Virus record (IMG/VR): IMGVR_UViG_3300028832_000110
Span: 32,001 to 96,000 of that record
Direction: 5' to 3' (one strand)
Source: a virus
Taxonomy: Duplodnaviria > Caudoviricetes
Length of the DNA: 64,000 nucleotides
This document shows positions 50,229-60,051 of the stretch, piece after piece (positions within the stretch are counted from its first letter, which is position 1; the number at the start of each line of letters is the position of its first letter). The position numbers were made by a program, and so were the translations under genes. The notes beneath the pieces were generated by a model. That model was given only the letters and a program-made list of their open reading frames with translations. It made no database searches and was not told where the DNA came from.

Positions 50229-51148
50229 ATAGGGCTTTTATTCTTTAGCCCTTATATTTTGCCCTTTGTAACTCTAAAAGGTTTTATTTCGGCTTTTGTA
50301 GGGTGCAAATATCGGATATTTCAACGGGCACAAAATTACGCTTTTAATTTGGCTTAATTTAAGCCGCTTTAATAGCTTTTTTATTTCGTACCTTATAAAG
50401 ATACAACAAGACAAAGAAAAGCCCATACAAAGGAAAATAAAAGGGCTTTTTCGGGCTTTTGTGTGTTTCTGGCAAAGGTGCAAATATAAGGGCTTTAATA
50501 TTGCGCTTTTATTTAGGGCAAAGAAAAAGGGCTTAATTTTCGGGGCTTTTGTCTTAATTGATTTTAGCCCTACAAAAAACCGCGTGAATTTTCGCGTAAA
50601 ATTGTGGCGGTTGGTTTCCTGCCTCAACTCCAGCCTGAAAAACTGGAGGGCAAAACGGCAAAAGAAAAAGCCGATCGAATTAGTTTGGCGCAAGCCAGAC
50701 GAATTTCGGGGCAAGTTTTGATGCGCCGTGTGATAGAGCAGAACCGACGAATTTTTTCGTTAGGCTGTGGCAGATCGTTGCGGTTAAGGTTTTGGGGGAG
50801 AAATCCCAGGACCCGAAACGATTGCAAGGAATTTCGTGAAAAATCCTTGTAGAAATCTGAAAAAGTCCATAATTGAATTTTACTCTATTTGGTTTGGGCT
50901 GGCTATGGTGCAGAATATTTTCGTCACTAACTAAGCAAAACATAAGAACGTGAAAGTATAGCATGAAAATATGAGCAATTTTTGATGTAGTTTAGCCTGA
51001 ATAATTTCGGGCGGTGGAAATGAAAGACTTTCCACTGCCTACAAAATTCTGTGGATAATCGGCTTGAAAATAGAGCTGAGAATTGAAAATCGAATTTTCT
51101 CCGCAGAGCAATGGCGATTTTGCCAGAATCAAATTAAAGATAGAAATT

Positions 51149-51259
51149 ATGAAGAATTTAGTTGTTGACAATGCCGTGATTTTTATCGGCACGTTTGAGG
51201 ACTGCAAAATGATTGCAGATGTTTATGACGAGAATCAGATCAATTATGAGATAAAATAA
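51149..51259 (+). CDS. 36-aa small protein (not in ORF track)
   Basis: MKNLVVDNAVIFIGTFEDCK...; AAATTATG leader. Confidence 0.45.
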   Translation: MKNLVVDNAVIFIGTFEDCKMIADVYDENQINYEIK

Positions 51260-51264
51260 ATCGT

Positions 51265-51390
51265 ATGAAAATTGATCTGGCTAAGTATGCCGAGAAAATC
51301 TTCAAGAAATACGGCATGGAAAAAGGCATTAAGATTATTTGTAGTTCTGCTATTGGAAACTATGCAGGAATTTATCCCGAATATTTATGA
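51265..51390 (+). CDS. 41-aa small protein (not in ORF track)
   Basis: MKIDLAKYAEKIFKKYG...; ATGA overlap with 51387. Confidence 0.45.
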   Translation: MKIDLAKYAEKIFKKYGMEKGIKIICSSAIGNYAGIYPEYL

Positions 51391-51668
51391 AGAATCCTTT
51401 TTTGAATTATAGTCCAGAGAAAAGGATAGCGAGAATCGCTGCCTTGGATTTGGAGGAATTTCAGCGCATAATAAGCAAGCGCGGAATGAGTGAGTGGACT
51501 GCCGGGGAAATCATCGCAGGTTTTCAGTATTTAAAACTGAGGATGAAAGAGCTGAATCTTTCCAAGCAGAAACTCATGGAATTGGGCTGTGATTACGAAG
51601 CCTATAAAAATCTCTATTTCTCCGCAGCACCTAAGCGATCTGCGGAGAGCCAAATTAAATTATGGTAA
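51387..51668 (+). CDS. hypothetical protein
   Basis: 93-aa ORF. Confidence 0.6.
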   Translation: MKNPFLNYSPEKRIARIAALDLEEFQRIISKRGMSEWTAGEIIAGFQYLKLRMKELNLSKQKLMELGCDYEAYKNLYFSAAPKRSAESQIKLW

Positions 51669-51678
51669 TTAAAATTCA

Positions 51679-51888
51679 ATGAAAATGAAAGACTTTTTTA
51701 TCTTCCTAATCGGCACTTTGTTTTTGAGTCCGATTGTTGTGTTTGGTTTAAGCGGTAGTTTTTTAGGCTTCGTTATAGCCAGTTTTTGGGTGATTGGAAT
51801 CTACGGCACAACGCAGTGGTTTCCGAGGTTCTGGAAAAAGTGGTGGCGAATTAATATGTATTACGTCAACATTTTAGAGGGCAAATAA
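51679..51888 (+). CDS. small membrane protein
   Basis: Two hydrophobic helices followed by a WKKWWR tail. Confidence 0.65.
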   Translation: MKMKDFFIFLIGTLFLSPIVVFGLSGSFLGFVIASFWVIGIYGTTQWFPRFWKKWWRINMYYVNILEGK

Positions 51889-52104
51889 TTTGGTTTGGAA
51901 TTAAGTACGAAACAAGTACGAAAGAGTACGATACGAAGTACGATGGCTTTCAGTACGATTAATTTCTGCTGAAAGTACGAAAGGTTTTTAGTTATTTGCT
52001 TTAGTTATTTTATCTCCCTAATTTGTTGCATCCGTGAGGACTATTACTTTCCCTTGATTAATTTTTCAACGGAAAGTACGATGTAATTCTAATAGTATTT
52101 AGTT

Positions 52105-52326
52105 ATGGCAAATTCAGAGTTCAAAGCAAGCGGTTATTTATGCCTATCAAATTCTGGAGGAATTGAGGTAGAAATAAATAGCTGTGGTGATGGTGTGCGT
52201 TATCGCTTCACCCACGACCAAAAAGTTTCAAGGTGGCAGGAGGTTAAATATTCGCGCCGAGAATCACGACCTTATTTCGTGTGTCATAAACGCAGGTATT
52301 ATCTGGATCAGTTTATGCGCAGTTGA
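52105..52326 (+). CDS. hypothetical protein
   Basis: 73 aa, hairpin leader; RPYF...RRYYLDQFMR C-terminus. Confidence 0.7.
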   Translation: MANSEFKASGYLCLSNSGGIEVEINSCGDGVRYRFTHDQKVSRWQEVKYSRRESRPYFVCHKRRYYLDQFMRS

Positions 52327-52395
52327 AAGTACGAAGAATTTCCCATGATTTAATTATCGTGGGAAGTACGATGAATTTAATGAAAGGAAAAAGTT

Positions 52396-52539
52396 ATGGA
52401 AAAGTCATTCAAAGAAATTGCGGCTCAGATTGAGCGCATTTACACCCTTTATTATCGTTGGGGTTGTGGTACGAAGAAAATGATCGAGAAATCGGAAAGG
52501 TTTTTCACGTCACGGCAAAGAATTGGCTTGTGCTTCTGA
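52396..52539 (+). CDS. 47-aa small protein (not in ORF track)
   Basis: MEKSFKEIAAQIERIYTLYY...; exactly fills the slot between two hairpins. Confidence 0.6.
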   Translation: MEKSFKEIAAQIERIYTLYYRWGCGTKKMIEKSERFFTSRQRIGLCF

Positions 52540-52603
52540 TTTTCCACCGCTTAATTGTGGTGGAGAGTACGAAATTATTTTCTAACACTAAAATGAGTAA
52601 ATT

Positions 52604-52900
52604 ATGGAAACTATTAAGATTAGCGAAAAGTCCTTGAAGAAATTCAAGGGCATTAGACGAAAGAAAATTCTGAAGGTTTTCCGAAGCTATTGTGACGCAT
52701 ACTTAGAGTATGTGAATAATTGGCTGACTTGGGAGAAATTCGTCGAATTCTTTGAACTTGATGAAAAAGAGTGCGAGAATTTACTGCAAGCCGTGAAGAT
52801 GATGAATGCGCAGGATAATACTGCGTACAATTCTCTGGATTATTTCTACCACAAAGTAGCAAACACGAAATTCAGCGAAAAAAACTCATGCTTTGATTAG
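52604..52900 (+). CDS. hypothetical protein
   Basis: 98 aa, hairpin leader. Confidence 0.65.
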   Translation: METIKISEKSLKKFKGIRRKKILKVFRSYCDAYLEYVNNWLTWEKFVEFFELDEKECENLLQAVKMMNAQDNTAYNSLDYFYHKVANTKFSEKNSCFD

Positions 52901-52903
52901 GCC

Positions 52904-53170
52904 ATGGATAAGTTCGGATTGATACGGATATTTTCTAACGGAGAAAGATTCGTGAAACGTCAGCAGGAACACACGCCAAAAGGAACGATGTTCACATTTG
53001 ACATGAAAAAGTTGGATAGAAAACTGAGGAAGAAATCATTTAGTTTTCTGTGCAGGCGCGGAGTCGATGAAATTCAGTACATAAATTTCTTTGTAGAAGA
53101 CAGCCATGAGAATTATCTGGCTGCAAAGGTTTATAACGAGAAATTTCTTTGGGATTGCATCAACTCCTAA
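52904..53170 (+). CDS. hypothetical protein
   Basis: 88 aa, closely coupled to the upstream gene. Confidence 0.6.
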   Translation: MDKFGLIRIFSNGERFVKRQQEHTPKGTMFTFDMKKLDRKLRKKSFSFLCRRGVDEIQYINFFVEDSHENYLAAKVYNEKFLWDCINS

Positions 53171-53244
53171 AATTCTCTTTGCGGTTCCTGGGATAAAGCT
53201 CAGCAACCGCACAATTTATTTATTCACACTAAAATTTATGGACT

Positions 53245-53910
53245 ATGAAACAAGTTACGATTAGGCTTTACAAGTTCGAGGAATTATCCTCAGAATCTAA
53301 GGCGAAAGTTATTGAGCGTGAGCGTGAACAAATTCAGCAGTGGGGAATCGACGCTTGGGATTCCGAGCATCGTGCCACTCTGGAAAAGTTTGAAGCAATT
53401 TTCGATGTAAACGTCAAGCATTGGGAAGTGAATGATTATTCTCATAATTATCAGTTCACTTTCAACAATGATTTCTACGGCATGGATGCAAGCGAAATCA
53501 CGGGCAAATATTTGCTCCGTTTCCTCAACTCCATTTATTACGATGTACGCAGCGGCAAATATTTCAGTTGCGGTCAGCGTTACGACGAGAACGGCAAATT
53601 TCACTACTCCTGCAAGCATTCAAAAATTCTGTGGGAAGAATTTAATTGCCCTCTCACTGGAGTTTGCTACGACAACGAAATCTTGAAACCGATCTGGGAT
53701 TGGCACAAGAAACCGAATTGGAATTTATCTCTGGAAAATCTGGTAGATGAATGCCTTGAAAGTTTCTTCAATTCGTGGGAGCAGGAAATGCTCTATTGCG
53801 GAAGCGATGAATATTGCATCCAAGAATTGACGGAATCGAGTGCTTACGAAGACACGCTCTATTTTGAGGACGGAACTGAGTTCAAAGGAATCTACGAGGA
53901 TGCAGCCTAA
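53245..53910 (+). CDS. conserved acidic hypothetical protein
   Basis: LYKFEELS.E.KAK.IE, CPLTGVCYD and YFEDG motifs recurrent in phage/plasmid early genes. Confidence 0.75.
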   Translation: MKQVTIRLYKFEELSSESKAKVIEREREQIQQWGIDAWDSEHRATLEKFEAIFDVNVKHWEVNDYSHNYQFTFNNDFYGMDASEITGKYLLRFLNSIYYDVRSGKYFSCGQRYDENGKFHYSCKHSKILWEEFNCPLTGVCYDNEILKPIWDWHKKPNWNLSLENLVDECLESFFNSWEQEMLYCGSDEYCIQELTESSAYEDTLYFEDGTEFKGIYEDAA

Positions 53911-53971
53911 AATTTTGGAGGGCTTAATTGCTCTCCAAAGTACGAATAGTATTAACTAAAATTCAATTAGT

Positions 53972-54637
53972 ATGAGAATCAGGCAAGAAACCATTGATAT
54001 TTTGCAGGCGCAAGGTATCAGCATTCGTTGGTATGGTGAATCCACCTACGAAGAGTTCAAGAAAAATCAGTGGGAAAAGCAGTACAAAAAATGGTTTGAT
54101 TATTCAAAGTCATCGTGCAAGGAACTTAACCCACCGAAAAATGACGGCTCGTATGAGAGTTGGAATTACGACACTCTTGCAGAGTACGAGGAATCTATCA
54201 AGAAATTCTGCGACCAAATTATTGACAGGCATTGCAGCCCCTACGAATACGACACGTTATTTGTCGAGCACGATAATGGTCAGATTTTGGTCAAGAAAGA
54301 AAACGTGAAATCTAAGGAGATTACAGTTGACTATGTTTTGAAGTTGGTTGAGAAAGACAGAAAAACCTACGCTGGAACATACGGAAAATTCGCTATGGAA
54401 ATGCAGCGGATTTGCAAGGAAATGGGATATACCACAAGTTTGACGGTTTATCCCACGACCTACGGCATCGGTGTTTGGTTGTTCTATAATTTCCATGCCG
54501 ACACCCATATAGAAAACGTTACGAAAATCATGCAGCAGAAAGGCATAGAATTCTACAACGAATATTCTGATAAGCGTTGGGTGTATAGATTCAAGGTATC
54601 GAAAAAGCGTGAGAATCTGGAGCGAATTTATTCGTAG
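53972..54637 (+). CDS. hypothetical protein
   Basis: 221 aa, hairpin leader. Confidence 0.75.
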   Translation: MRIRQETIDILQAQGISIRWYGESTYEEFKKNQWEKQYKKWFDYSKSSCKELNPPKNDGSYESWNYDTLAEYEESIKKFCDQIIDRHCSPYEYDTLFVEHDNGQILVKKENVKSKEITVDYVLKLVEKDRKTYAGTYGKFAMEMQRICKEMGYTTSLTVYPTTYGIGVWLFYNFHADTHIENVTKIMQQKGIEFYNEYSDKRWVYRFKVSKKRENLERIYS

Positions 54638-54717
54638 TTTATAAAGTTTTAGTGTTTGGGCGGTGTCGATTAATTTCGGCATCGCTTTCTATTATTCACC
54701 AATTAATTCAATAAATT

Positions 54718-54972
54718 ATGGCTTACTATCAGACGCATATTATGATGCAGGAAGAGGACGGAATTTACCGCCATATTCCTCTCTATTTCGGCACTACGCA
54801 GGACAGAAAAGAGGGCGAGGAACATTTTAACAAGGTTTGCGCCCAAATCTTTGAGTTTGAAAAAGACGTAGAATTTAAGGATCACGATGGGCGCGGAATT
54901 TTCGGCACGATAAAAAGTGCTTGCGGAAACGTCACATCGAGTTTCAACATCAAGGGCAAATATTTGGTGTAG
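54718..54972 (+). CDS. hypothetical protein
   Basis: 84 aa, hairpin leader. Confidence 0.65.
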   Translation: MAYYQTHIMMQEEDGIYRHIPLYFGTTQDRKEGEEHFNKVCAQIFEFEKDVEFKDHDGRGIFGTIKSACGNVTSSFNIKGKYLV

Positions 54973-55086
54973 TTGACGCAATCAATTTTCAAGCCGTCAA
55001 CTGCAAGCATTATTTGACTGGAGAATAATGCAGGAATCACTAATCTGGTTCCTGCTGCCTATTGTTTCACTAAAATTTAATGGACT

Positions 55087-55377
55087 ATGTTAGAGATCGT
55101 AAGAGCAGAGAGAATCGGCTTGGAAGAAACAAAGGATTATTCCAGACCAAACGACACACGATTGATGTGGGGATTTGTTGCCGAAATCAGCGATGGCAGT
55201 TTTTACTACACCTCAGAGGGCGGCACTGACATCTACGGAACTTGGACGGAAATCAAGAGCAGAATCAACATTTCCAACGTCCACGATTTCCAGAGCAAGC
55301 ATTTCAACTTTTTCATCAATGATTTGGAAACCTTCAAACATTGCGTGTTGCAGATGCTAAAGGAATTAGGAGATTAA
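55087..55377 (+). CDS. hypothetical protein
   Basis: 96 aa, hairpin leader. Confidence 0.65.
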   Translation: MLEIVRAERIGLEETKDYSRPNDTRLMWGFVAEISDGSFYYTSEGGTDIYGTWTEIKSRINISNVHDFQSKHFNFFINDLETFKHCVLQMLKELGD

Positions 55378-55422
55378 TTTCTCCGATTCCACAAAATTAT
55401 TAACCCCTAAAAATATTTGATT

Positions 55423-56334
55423 ATGGAAACAAGAAATTATCTAAAGTGGAATCCTTCAAAGTTCTACCGCGAGGGAAAAGACAAGATGAAAATCGTTGTT
55501 CACGTAAGTCTTGACGATGAATGTAAAAACAAGCATTGTGATTTCAGTATCACTTGCAGTATTTATCGGGTGGCAGGAAATGGCCATTTAATTGACGCTG
55601 GCGGTGGTTGCAACCACGAAGAGATTGGAAAACACTTTCCAGAATTGCAGAAGTTTTTTCCTCTTCACATTTGCGCCCACGAAGGAACTCCAATGTACCC
55701 CGAAGCCAACGGCATTTATTTCATAGAGCATGATACCAAAGAGTGCGCTATGAGAAATCTGCGTTGCACTGAGGAAGAGTATGAAACGCTCTCAAAATTC
55801 ACGAAAGAAAAGTTGTATTTCAAGTATCTGCTTTTCGACCTTGGTATTGTTGAGCGTTGGAAAAAGGAAGCAGATGAATTCATTGCTTTCCTTGAAGAGA
55901 AATGCGGATATAAATGGGTAAATCCCTACACTCCAGAGCAAGAGCGTTTCCGCTTGGTTTTAACGGACGAAGAAAGGGCTACGATTGAAAAGCAGCTCAG
56001 CGAGGGCGGTTTTACTCCCGAATCTCTGGCAGAACGTCGCCAGAAAGAATTTGAGGCTGAAAAAGCGAAGTATATCGAGGAAATTGAAGCCGAATACAAA
56101 AAGCGGACGGGAAGCGCGGATGCAAAGCGTAAGACTTTGCGCTACATTCTTGACCAAGGAATTTCTCTGAAAAACGTCATCTACTACGACCACAGCAACG
56201 AGGTACACTTTAATTGGAAGTCATACGACGATCTGATTACGCAGGAAGAATTCGTGGATTTCATCAACAATTTGGATTGTTCGATAATTCCAGAGTTTGT
56301 GACGTTCCACATCGACAACGTAAAGCCAGAGTAA
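55423..56334 (+). CDS. conserved hypothetical phage protein
   Basis: LDDECKN.HCDFSIT, GGCNHEEI..HFPEL and G.PMY..ANG motifs. Confidence 0.75.
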   Translation: METRNYLKWNPSKFYREGKDKMKIVVHVSLDDECKNKHCDFSITCSIYRVAGNGHLIDAGGGCNHEEIGKHFPELQKFFPLHICAHEGTPMYPEANGIYFIEHDTKECAMRNLRCTEEEYETLSKFTKEKLYFKYLLFDLGIVERWKKEADEFIAFLEEKCGYKWVNPYTPEQERFRLVLTDEERATIEKQLSEGGFTPESLAERRQKEFEAEKAKYIEEIEAEYKKRTGSADAKRKTLRYILDQGISLKNVIYYDHSNEVHFNWKSYDDLITQEEFVDFINNLDCSIIPEFVTFHIDNVKPE

Positions 56335-56399
56335 TCTCTTCAGATTGTGCGGGATTAATTTTCCGCACAGTCGCCATTAACCCCTAAATTAAAGAAATT

Positions 56400-56657
56400 A
56401 TGGCTTATCCAACTACCGCAAGAGTTTCAATGCTTGCAAACAATCAGTTAATCATCAAGGATGGTGAGAAGCAAATCTTCCAGAGTTATTCATCAATTAT
56501 CTGCGTAAAAGACGGAAAAAATATCACCCTTGACGCAGACAAATGGAATTTCTCAGCGACTACGACAAAGTATTTGGGTCGGTTCCTGGGAATGAACAAA
56601 GCCGAGATTATGAAACACATAAAAGACGGCTCTTTCAAGCTCGCAGACCTCAACTAA
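56400..56657 (+). CDS. conserved small phage protein
   Basis: NQ.II, FQSY.S.I and W.FS.TT.KYL..FL motifs. Confidence 0.75.
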   Translation: MAYPTTARVSMLANNQLIIKDGEKQIFQSYSSIICVKDGKNITLDADKWNFSATTTKYLGRFLGMNKAEIMKHIKDGSFKLADLN

Positions 56658-56719
56658 GGTTTTGAGGCATTAATTTGCCTCAGAACCGCCATAGAATTAT
56701 TCACCTAATAGATTTGATT

Positions 56720-56965
56720 ATGACAAAGAAACAAGCGAGACAGAAAACCCGCAGGCTTATCCGTGACGCATCGGATTTAATGCGGAAAAAGTTGGAAAAA
56801 GCTCTGATTTGCGGAGCAATCAACTTTGACAATTATGACGATGATTATGAACTACCGAGAATTATTCTCATGGCACTCTTGAAAGAAGCGACTTTCCAAT
56901 TCAAGCCTATTCGTGATCCGAAAAAGCAGGAGAAAGAAGCAAACAATATTTACGCTATGATTTAA
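56720..56965 (+). CDS. hypothetical protein
   Basis: Start placed at ATG 56720 after the hairpin leader. Confidence 0.65.
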   Translation: MTKKQARQKTRRLIRDASDLMRKKLEKALICGAINFDNYDDDYELPRIILMALLKEATFQFKPIRDPKKQEKEANNIYAMI

Positions 56966-56983
56966 CTCTAATTTTGTGCGACT

Positions 56984-57208
56984 ATGGCATATACGATTAA
57001 AGGCTTGGCAAAAGCCAACGATTGCGAAGAGCAGAACGAATTCGGACTTGCTCAGGTTTGGAACTACTGGCTTTCTTGCAATAGCAATGACCGCCAATGT
57101 GTGAACGATTTCAAGCGGCTCAGAAAGGAGGAAAGAAAGCGGATGCTTGAACACCTGCGAGAATATCCTACCCTGCGTGAGCACATTATTTCTCACCTCT
57201 ACGACTAA
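56984..57208 (+). CDS. hypothetical protein
   Basis: 74 aa. Confidence 0.6.
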   Translation: MAYTIKGLAKANDCEEQNEFGLAQVWNYWLSCNSNDRQCVNDFKRLRKEERKRMLEHLREYPTLREHIISHLYD

Positions 57209-57264
57209 GTTAGATGGGCGATTAATTTCGCCTACCTAACCCAACCAATAAATTCTATTCAATT

Positions 57265-57603
57265 ATGCCGTACAAATCAGAGAAAATTAAGATTGCCGGA
57301 ACTAAGCATGACCGCAGGCGCAAACTCACTGAAGACCAAAAACAATATATCCGATGGCTTCGTGAGGAAGAGAAAATCAGCTACCAGAAACTTGCAGATA
57401 TGTTCGATGTTTCTAAGAGGCTGATTATTTTCATCTGCAAGCCAGAAATTCAGCAAAAGGCGCGTGAACGATTCAAGAAATACAAAGCAGAGGGTCGTTA
57501 CAAGCCAACGAAAGAGGAATGGGCTGAGACGATGAAAGAGCATCGCCATTACAAGCAGAAACTATTCTGCGACGGCAAAATCAAGGAATCTGCTGACGAA
57601 TAA
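57265..57603 (+). CDS. helix-turn-helix DNA-binding protein
   Basis: KLTEDQKQYIR...ISYQKLADMFDVSKRLI HTH pattern; very basic. Confidence 0.75.
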   Translation: MPYKSEKIKIAGTKHDRRRKLTEDQKQYIRWLREEEKISYQKLADMFDVSKRLIIFICKPEIQQKARERFKKYKAEGRYKPTKEEWAETMKEHRHYKQKLFCDGKIKESADE

Positions 57604-57639
57604 TCACGGATTCCACTATTCACTTAAAATTTGGAAATT

Positions 57640-57855
57640 ATGACTATCGGTTACTTCTACAAAGAGTATGAGATAAATGGTACATTGTATTATATATCTC
57701 AGTATGCAGACAAACCGCATTTCGTAAAACTTTGGGAATACGGCTACGTCTATTTCAACTATCGTATCGGGCAGCAGGTTTACCCCAAAATGTGCGTATC
57801 AATTAGCAGGGGATTGCGATCACGTCCAAATCTCAAAAGGCTATTCGGTAGTTAA
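57640..57855 (+). CDS. hypothetical protein
   Basis: Start placed at ATG 57640. Confidence 0.55.
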   Translation: MTIGYFYKEYEINGTLYYISQYADKPHFVKLWEYGYVYFNYRIGQQVYPKMCVSISRGLRSRPNLKRLFGS

Positions 57856-57900
57856 TTCTACCAATAGCCACAAAAATTATTCACCTAAAAAGATTGAGTT

Positions 57901-58326
57901 ATGGAAAAGAGAAATTTTATCCCTGCACCCATCGACAACAAGAATTTGGTCGAGGATGCCTTTGAGGATGCCAATGAAATATTCGGCAACTTCTACGAGG
58001 GCAAAGGACATCGTGAGAAAGGGCTAAGACATTTGGTTGGCTTTGTTCGGGTATTCGACAAAGAATATCCGCAGTGCGTAAATGCAGAGGGTTACGTCAG
58101 GGCGAAATGGAGTTTTGGCGACAACAAGGTAGAAATCGAAATCCTTGCCAACAATCCCTTCATGGAAGACTATGAAGATACGAAGAAAGACATCTGCGAC
58201 TACTACAAAAAGCAGTTCAAGTCATGGGAAAACGAGCAGAATTTGGGCTTGCGCGTTGAATTCATTGATTATGAAAGCGGAATGTACGTGAGTTTCTTCT
58301 ACGACATGGATGATCCAAATCTATGA
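57901..58326 (+). CDS. hypothetical protein
   Basis: 141 aa, hairpin leader. Confidence 0.7.
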   Translation: MEKRNFIPAPIDNKNLVEDAFEDANEIFGNFYEGKGHREKGLRHLVGFVRVFDKEYPQCVNAEGYVRAKWSFGDNKVEIEILANNPFMEDYEDTKKDICDYYKKQFKSWENEQNLGLRVEFIDYESGMYVSFFYDMDDPNL

Positions 58327-58389
58327 CAATGCCTGCGCCCTCTTAACTGAGGGCATGGGCGCAAATTATTCACCAATAAAATTCAAATT

Positions 58390-58905
58390 ATGAAATTAGC
58401 ATTTTACAAAGTTGACAACTCGCTTGAATATGGTCGCCATGAATTTGACACCATATCTGACAAGCCCGAAGAAATCCTTGAAAAGTTGAGGAAATTGCCA
58501 GATGAAGAATGGCATCTATACGACATCAGCTCTGACAGTTTCAAATCCAGAACCCTCAATCTCTGCGAATTCGTTGAAGACTACAACGATGAAGAATTAG
58601 ATGGTGGTTGGTGGTGCGTTATGATTCCAGAAAAGCGGATGGTTTATGCCGTTTTCGTTGACTATGGAACAATGAGGGAATTGAAACGTGTGTATTCCAC
58701 TGAGGAAAAGGCAAAGGCATACATTGACAAGAAATGCCAGGAGCCAGACAAGCTATTTGAATCCACCATTGCTACGAACTGGAAATACAAGTATCTCTAC
58801 GAGGTCAGAAACAAGCGCACGAATTTGGTGCATTCCTACATCGGATATGCAGAGATAGAACTTGACTGCGAAGAGGATTTCATGGAAAAGCTACGCAACT
58901 TCTGA
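58390..58905 (+). CDS. hypothetical protein
   Basis: 171 aa; VYSTEEKAKAY motif. Confidence 0.7.
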   Translation: MKLAFYKVDNSLEYGRHEFDTISDKPEEILEKLRKLPDEEWHLYDISSDSFKSRTLNLCEFVEDYNDEELDGGWWCVMIPEKRMVYAVFVDYGTMRELKRVYSTEEKAKAYIDKKCQEPDKLFESTIATNWKYKYLYEVRNKRTNLVHSYIGYAEIELDCEEDFMEKLRNF

Positions 58906-58973
58906 TTGGTTATGGTGAGCGAAATATCTCACCATGGCCGCTAAATTTATTCATTCACCTAATATTTTCAGTT

Positions 58974-59150
58974 ATGACCTACGCACAAAGAAAAGAATCT
59001 GCACGTCAAGAAGCTATTGATTGGCAGTTAGAAGCAAGTGAGCAGAATCTATCCTATGGCGAACTTGCTGAAGCAGGCGACCACTTCTACAAAATCGGAA
59101 AACGATTCGGTCTTATCCGCGAATTTCGTGAGAACGGAATCCCATGTTAA
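58974..59150 (+). CDS. 58-aa conserved small protein (not in ORF track)
   Basis: MTYAQRKESARQEAIDWQ...SYGELA...GKRFGLIREFRENGIPC; fills the slot between two hairpins. Confidence 0.75.
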   Translation: MTYAQRKESARQEAIDWQLEASEQNLSYGELAEAGDHFYKIGKRFGLIREFRENGIPC

Positions 59151-59239
59151 ATCTACTCCAGAGAGTACGATTAACTTCGTATTCTCTGCCTATTTCGAGA
59201 GTTTTTTAACCCTATTTATTAATTTAAAAACATTCAATT

Positions 59240-60034
59240 ATGACAGAGAGACAAAATTTTCTCCTTGAACTCTACCGAGAATTCGGTGACAAGGCGCAGA
59301 ACGCATTGGATTTCGTTATCGCTAACGATGGCGGCTCAATCCTCAGACCACAAGCAAATGCACAAGCAAATGCTAATGCAGGAACTATCGAGGTCTATGA
59401 CTTCAAGAATCCAGAAGTTATGCTGAAGGAATTCTATGAAATCAAAGCCAGATTCTTAGTCATCAACAACCACCTCATTAAAAAAGACGTGGAAGATGAA
59501 CTCCTTGACACGCAGGCTGACGGCCTCTACACCTATCTCCGAAACCTCCGCAAGAGAATCGGCGACATCAACTCCGTAAAACTTCAAGACCAACCATTCG
59601 AGGTTGTTGACTTGGGATTGCCCTCTGGCAGAAAATGGGCGAATATGAACCTTGGTGCTACCAAGCCCAACGAAACAGGTTTATACCTCACCCACGAAGA
59701 TGCCTGCAACTTCAAGTTTGAAGACGGATGGAAAATGCCGACTGACGATGACTTCGTAGAACTCTGCGACAACTGCGAACACGAATGGAAGGAAATTGAT
59801 GGTGTCTATGGTCAGATGTTTACATCTAAGATTAATGGCAATTCAGTTTTCTTCCCCGCGTCCGGCTTCTACAATGGTACGACGTTGTACTATCGTGGGT
59901 CGTACGGCCTCTATTGGGCCGCTACGTTGTATTCCTCTTCGAGTGGTCGCCTCTTGTACTTCCTTGCGTCTGATGTCAATCCGCAGAGCAGCTACGATCG
60001 GTTCTACGGTTTTTCTGTGCGCCCGGTTCAGTAA
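59240..60034 (+). CDS. DGR target 2 (remote): unknown N-terminus plus CLec-like (DUF1566/Fib_succ_major-like) domain
   Basis: VDLGLPSGRKWANMN, WKMPT..DF.EL and GFSVRPVQ; the 3' end is VR2. Confidence 0.9.
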   Translation: MTERQNFLLELYREFGDKAQNALDFVIANDGGSILRPQANAQANANAGTIEVYDFKNPEVMLKEFYEIKARFLVINNHLIKKDVEDELLDTQADGLYTYLRNLRKRIGDINSVKLQDQPFEVVDLGLPSGRKWANMNLGATKPNETGLYLTHEDACNFKFEDGWKMPTDDDFVELCDNCEHEWKEIDGVYGQMFTSKINGNSVFFPASGFYNGTTLYYRGSYGLYWAATLYSSSSGRLLYFLASDVNPQSSYDRFYGFSVRPVQ

Positions 60035-60039
60035 TTATT
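59846..60039 (+). repeat. DGR variable repeat VR2
   Basis: 194-bp ungapped match to the TR; about 22 substitutions at TR adenines, one T>G and the stop-creating C>T. Confidence 0.95.
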
Positions 60040-60051
60040 CAACCGCGAAAC

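Larger units (their letters stand above)
51904..52572 (+). repeat. AGTACGA direct-repeat cluster
   Basis: Copies at 51904, 51915, 51925, 51937, 51952, 51974, 52075, 52328, 52365 and 52566 (also 53939, 59164); inverted copies at 48971, 48991 and 49013. Confidence 0.8.

Noticed and set aside
50274-50964. Several overlapping ORFs on both strands
   Set aside because: Low-complexity Phe/Lys/Arg-rich translations without typical leaders; treated as non-coding.
59038-59268. 76-aa ORF from the track
   Set aside because: It crosses a hairpin leader and overlaps the better-supported ORFs 58974-59150 and 59240-60034.
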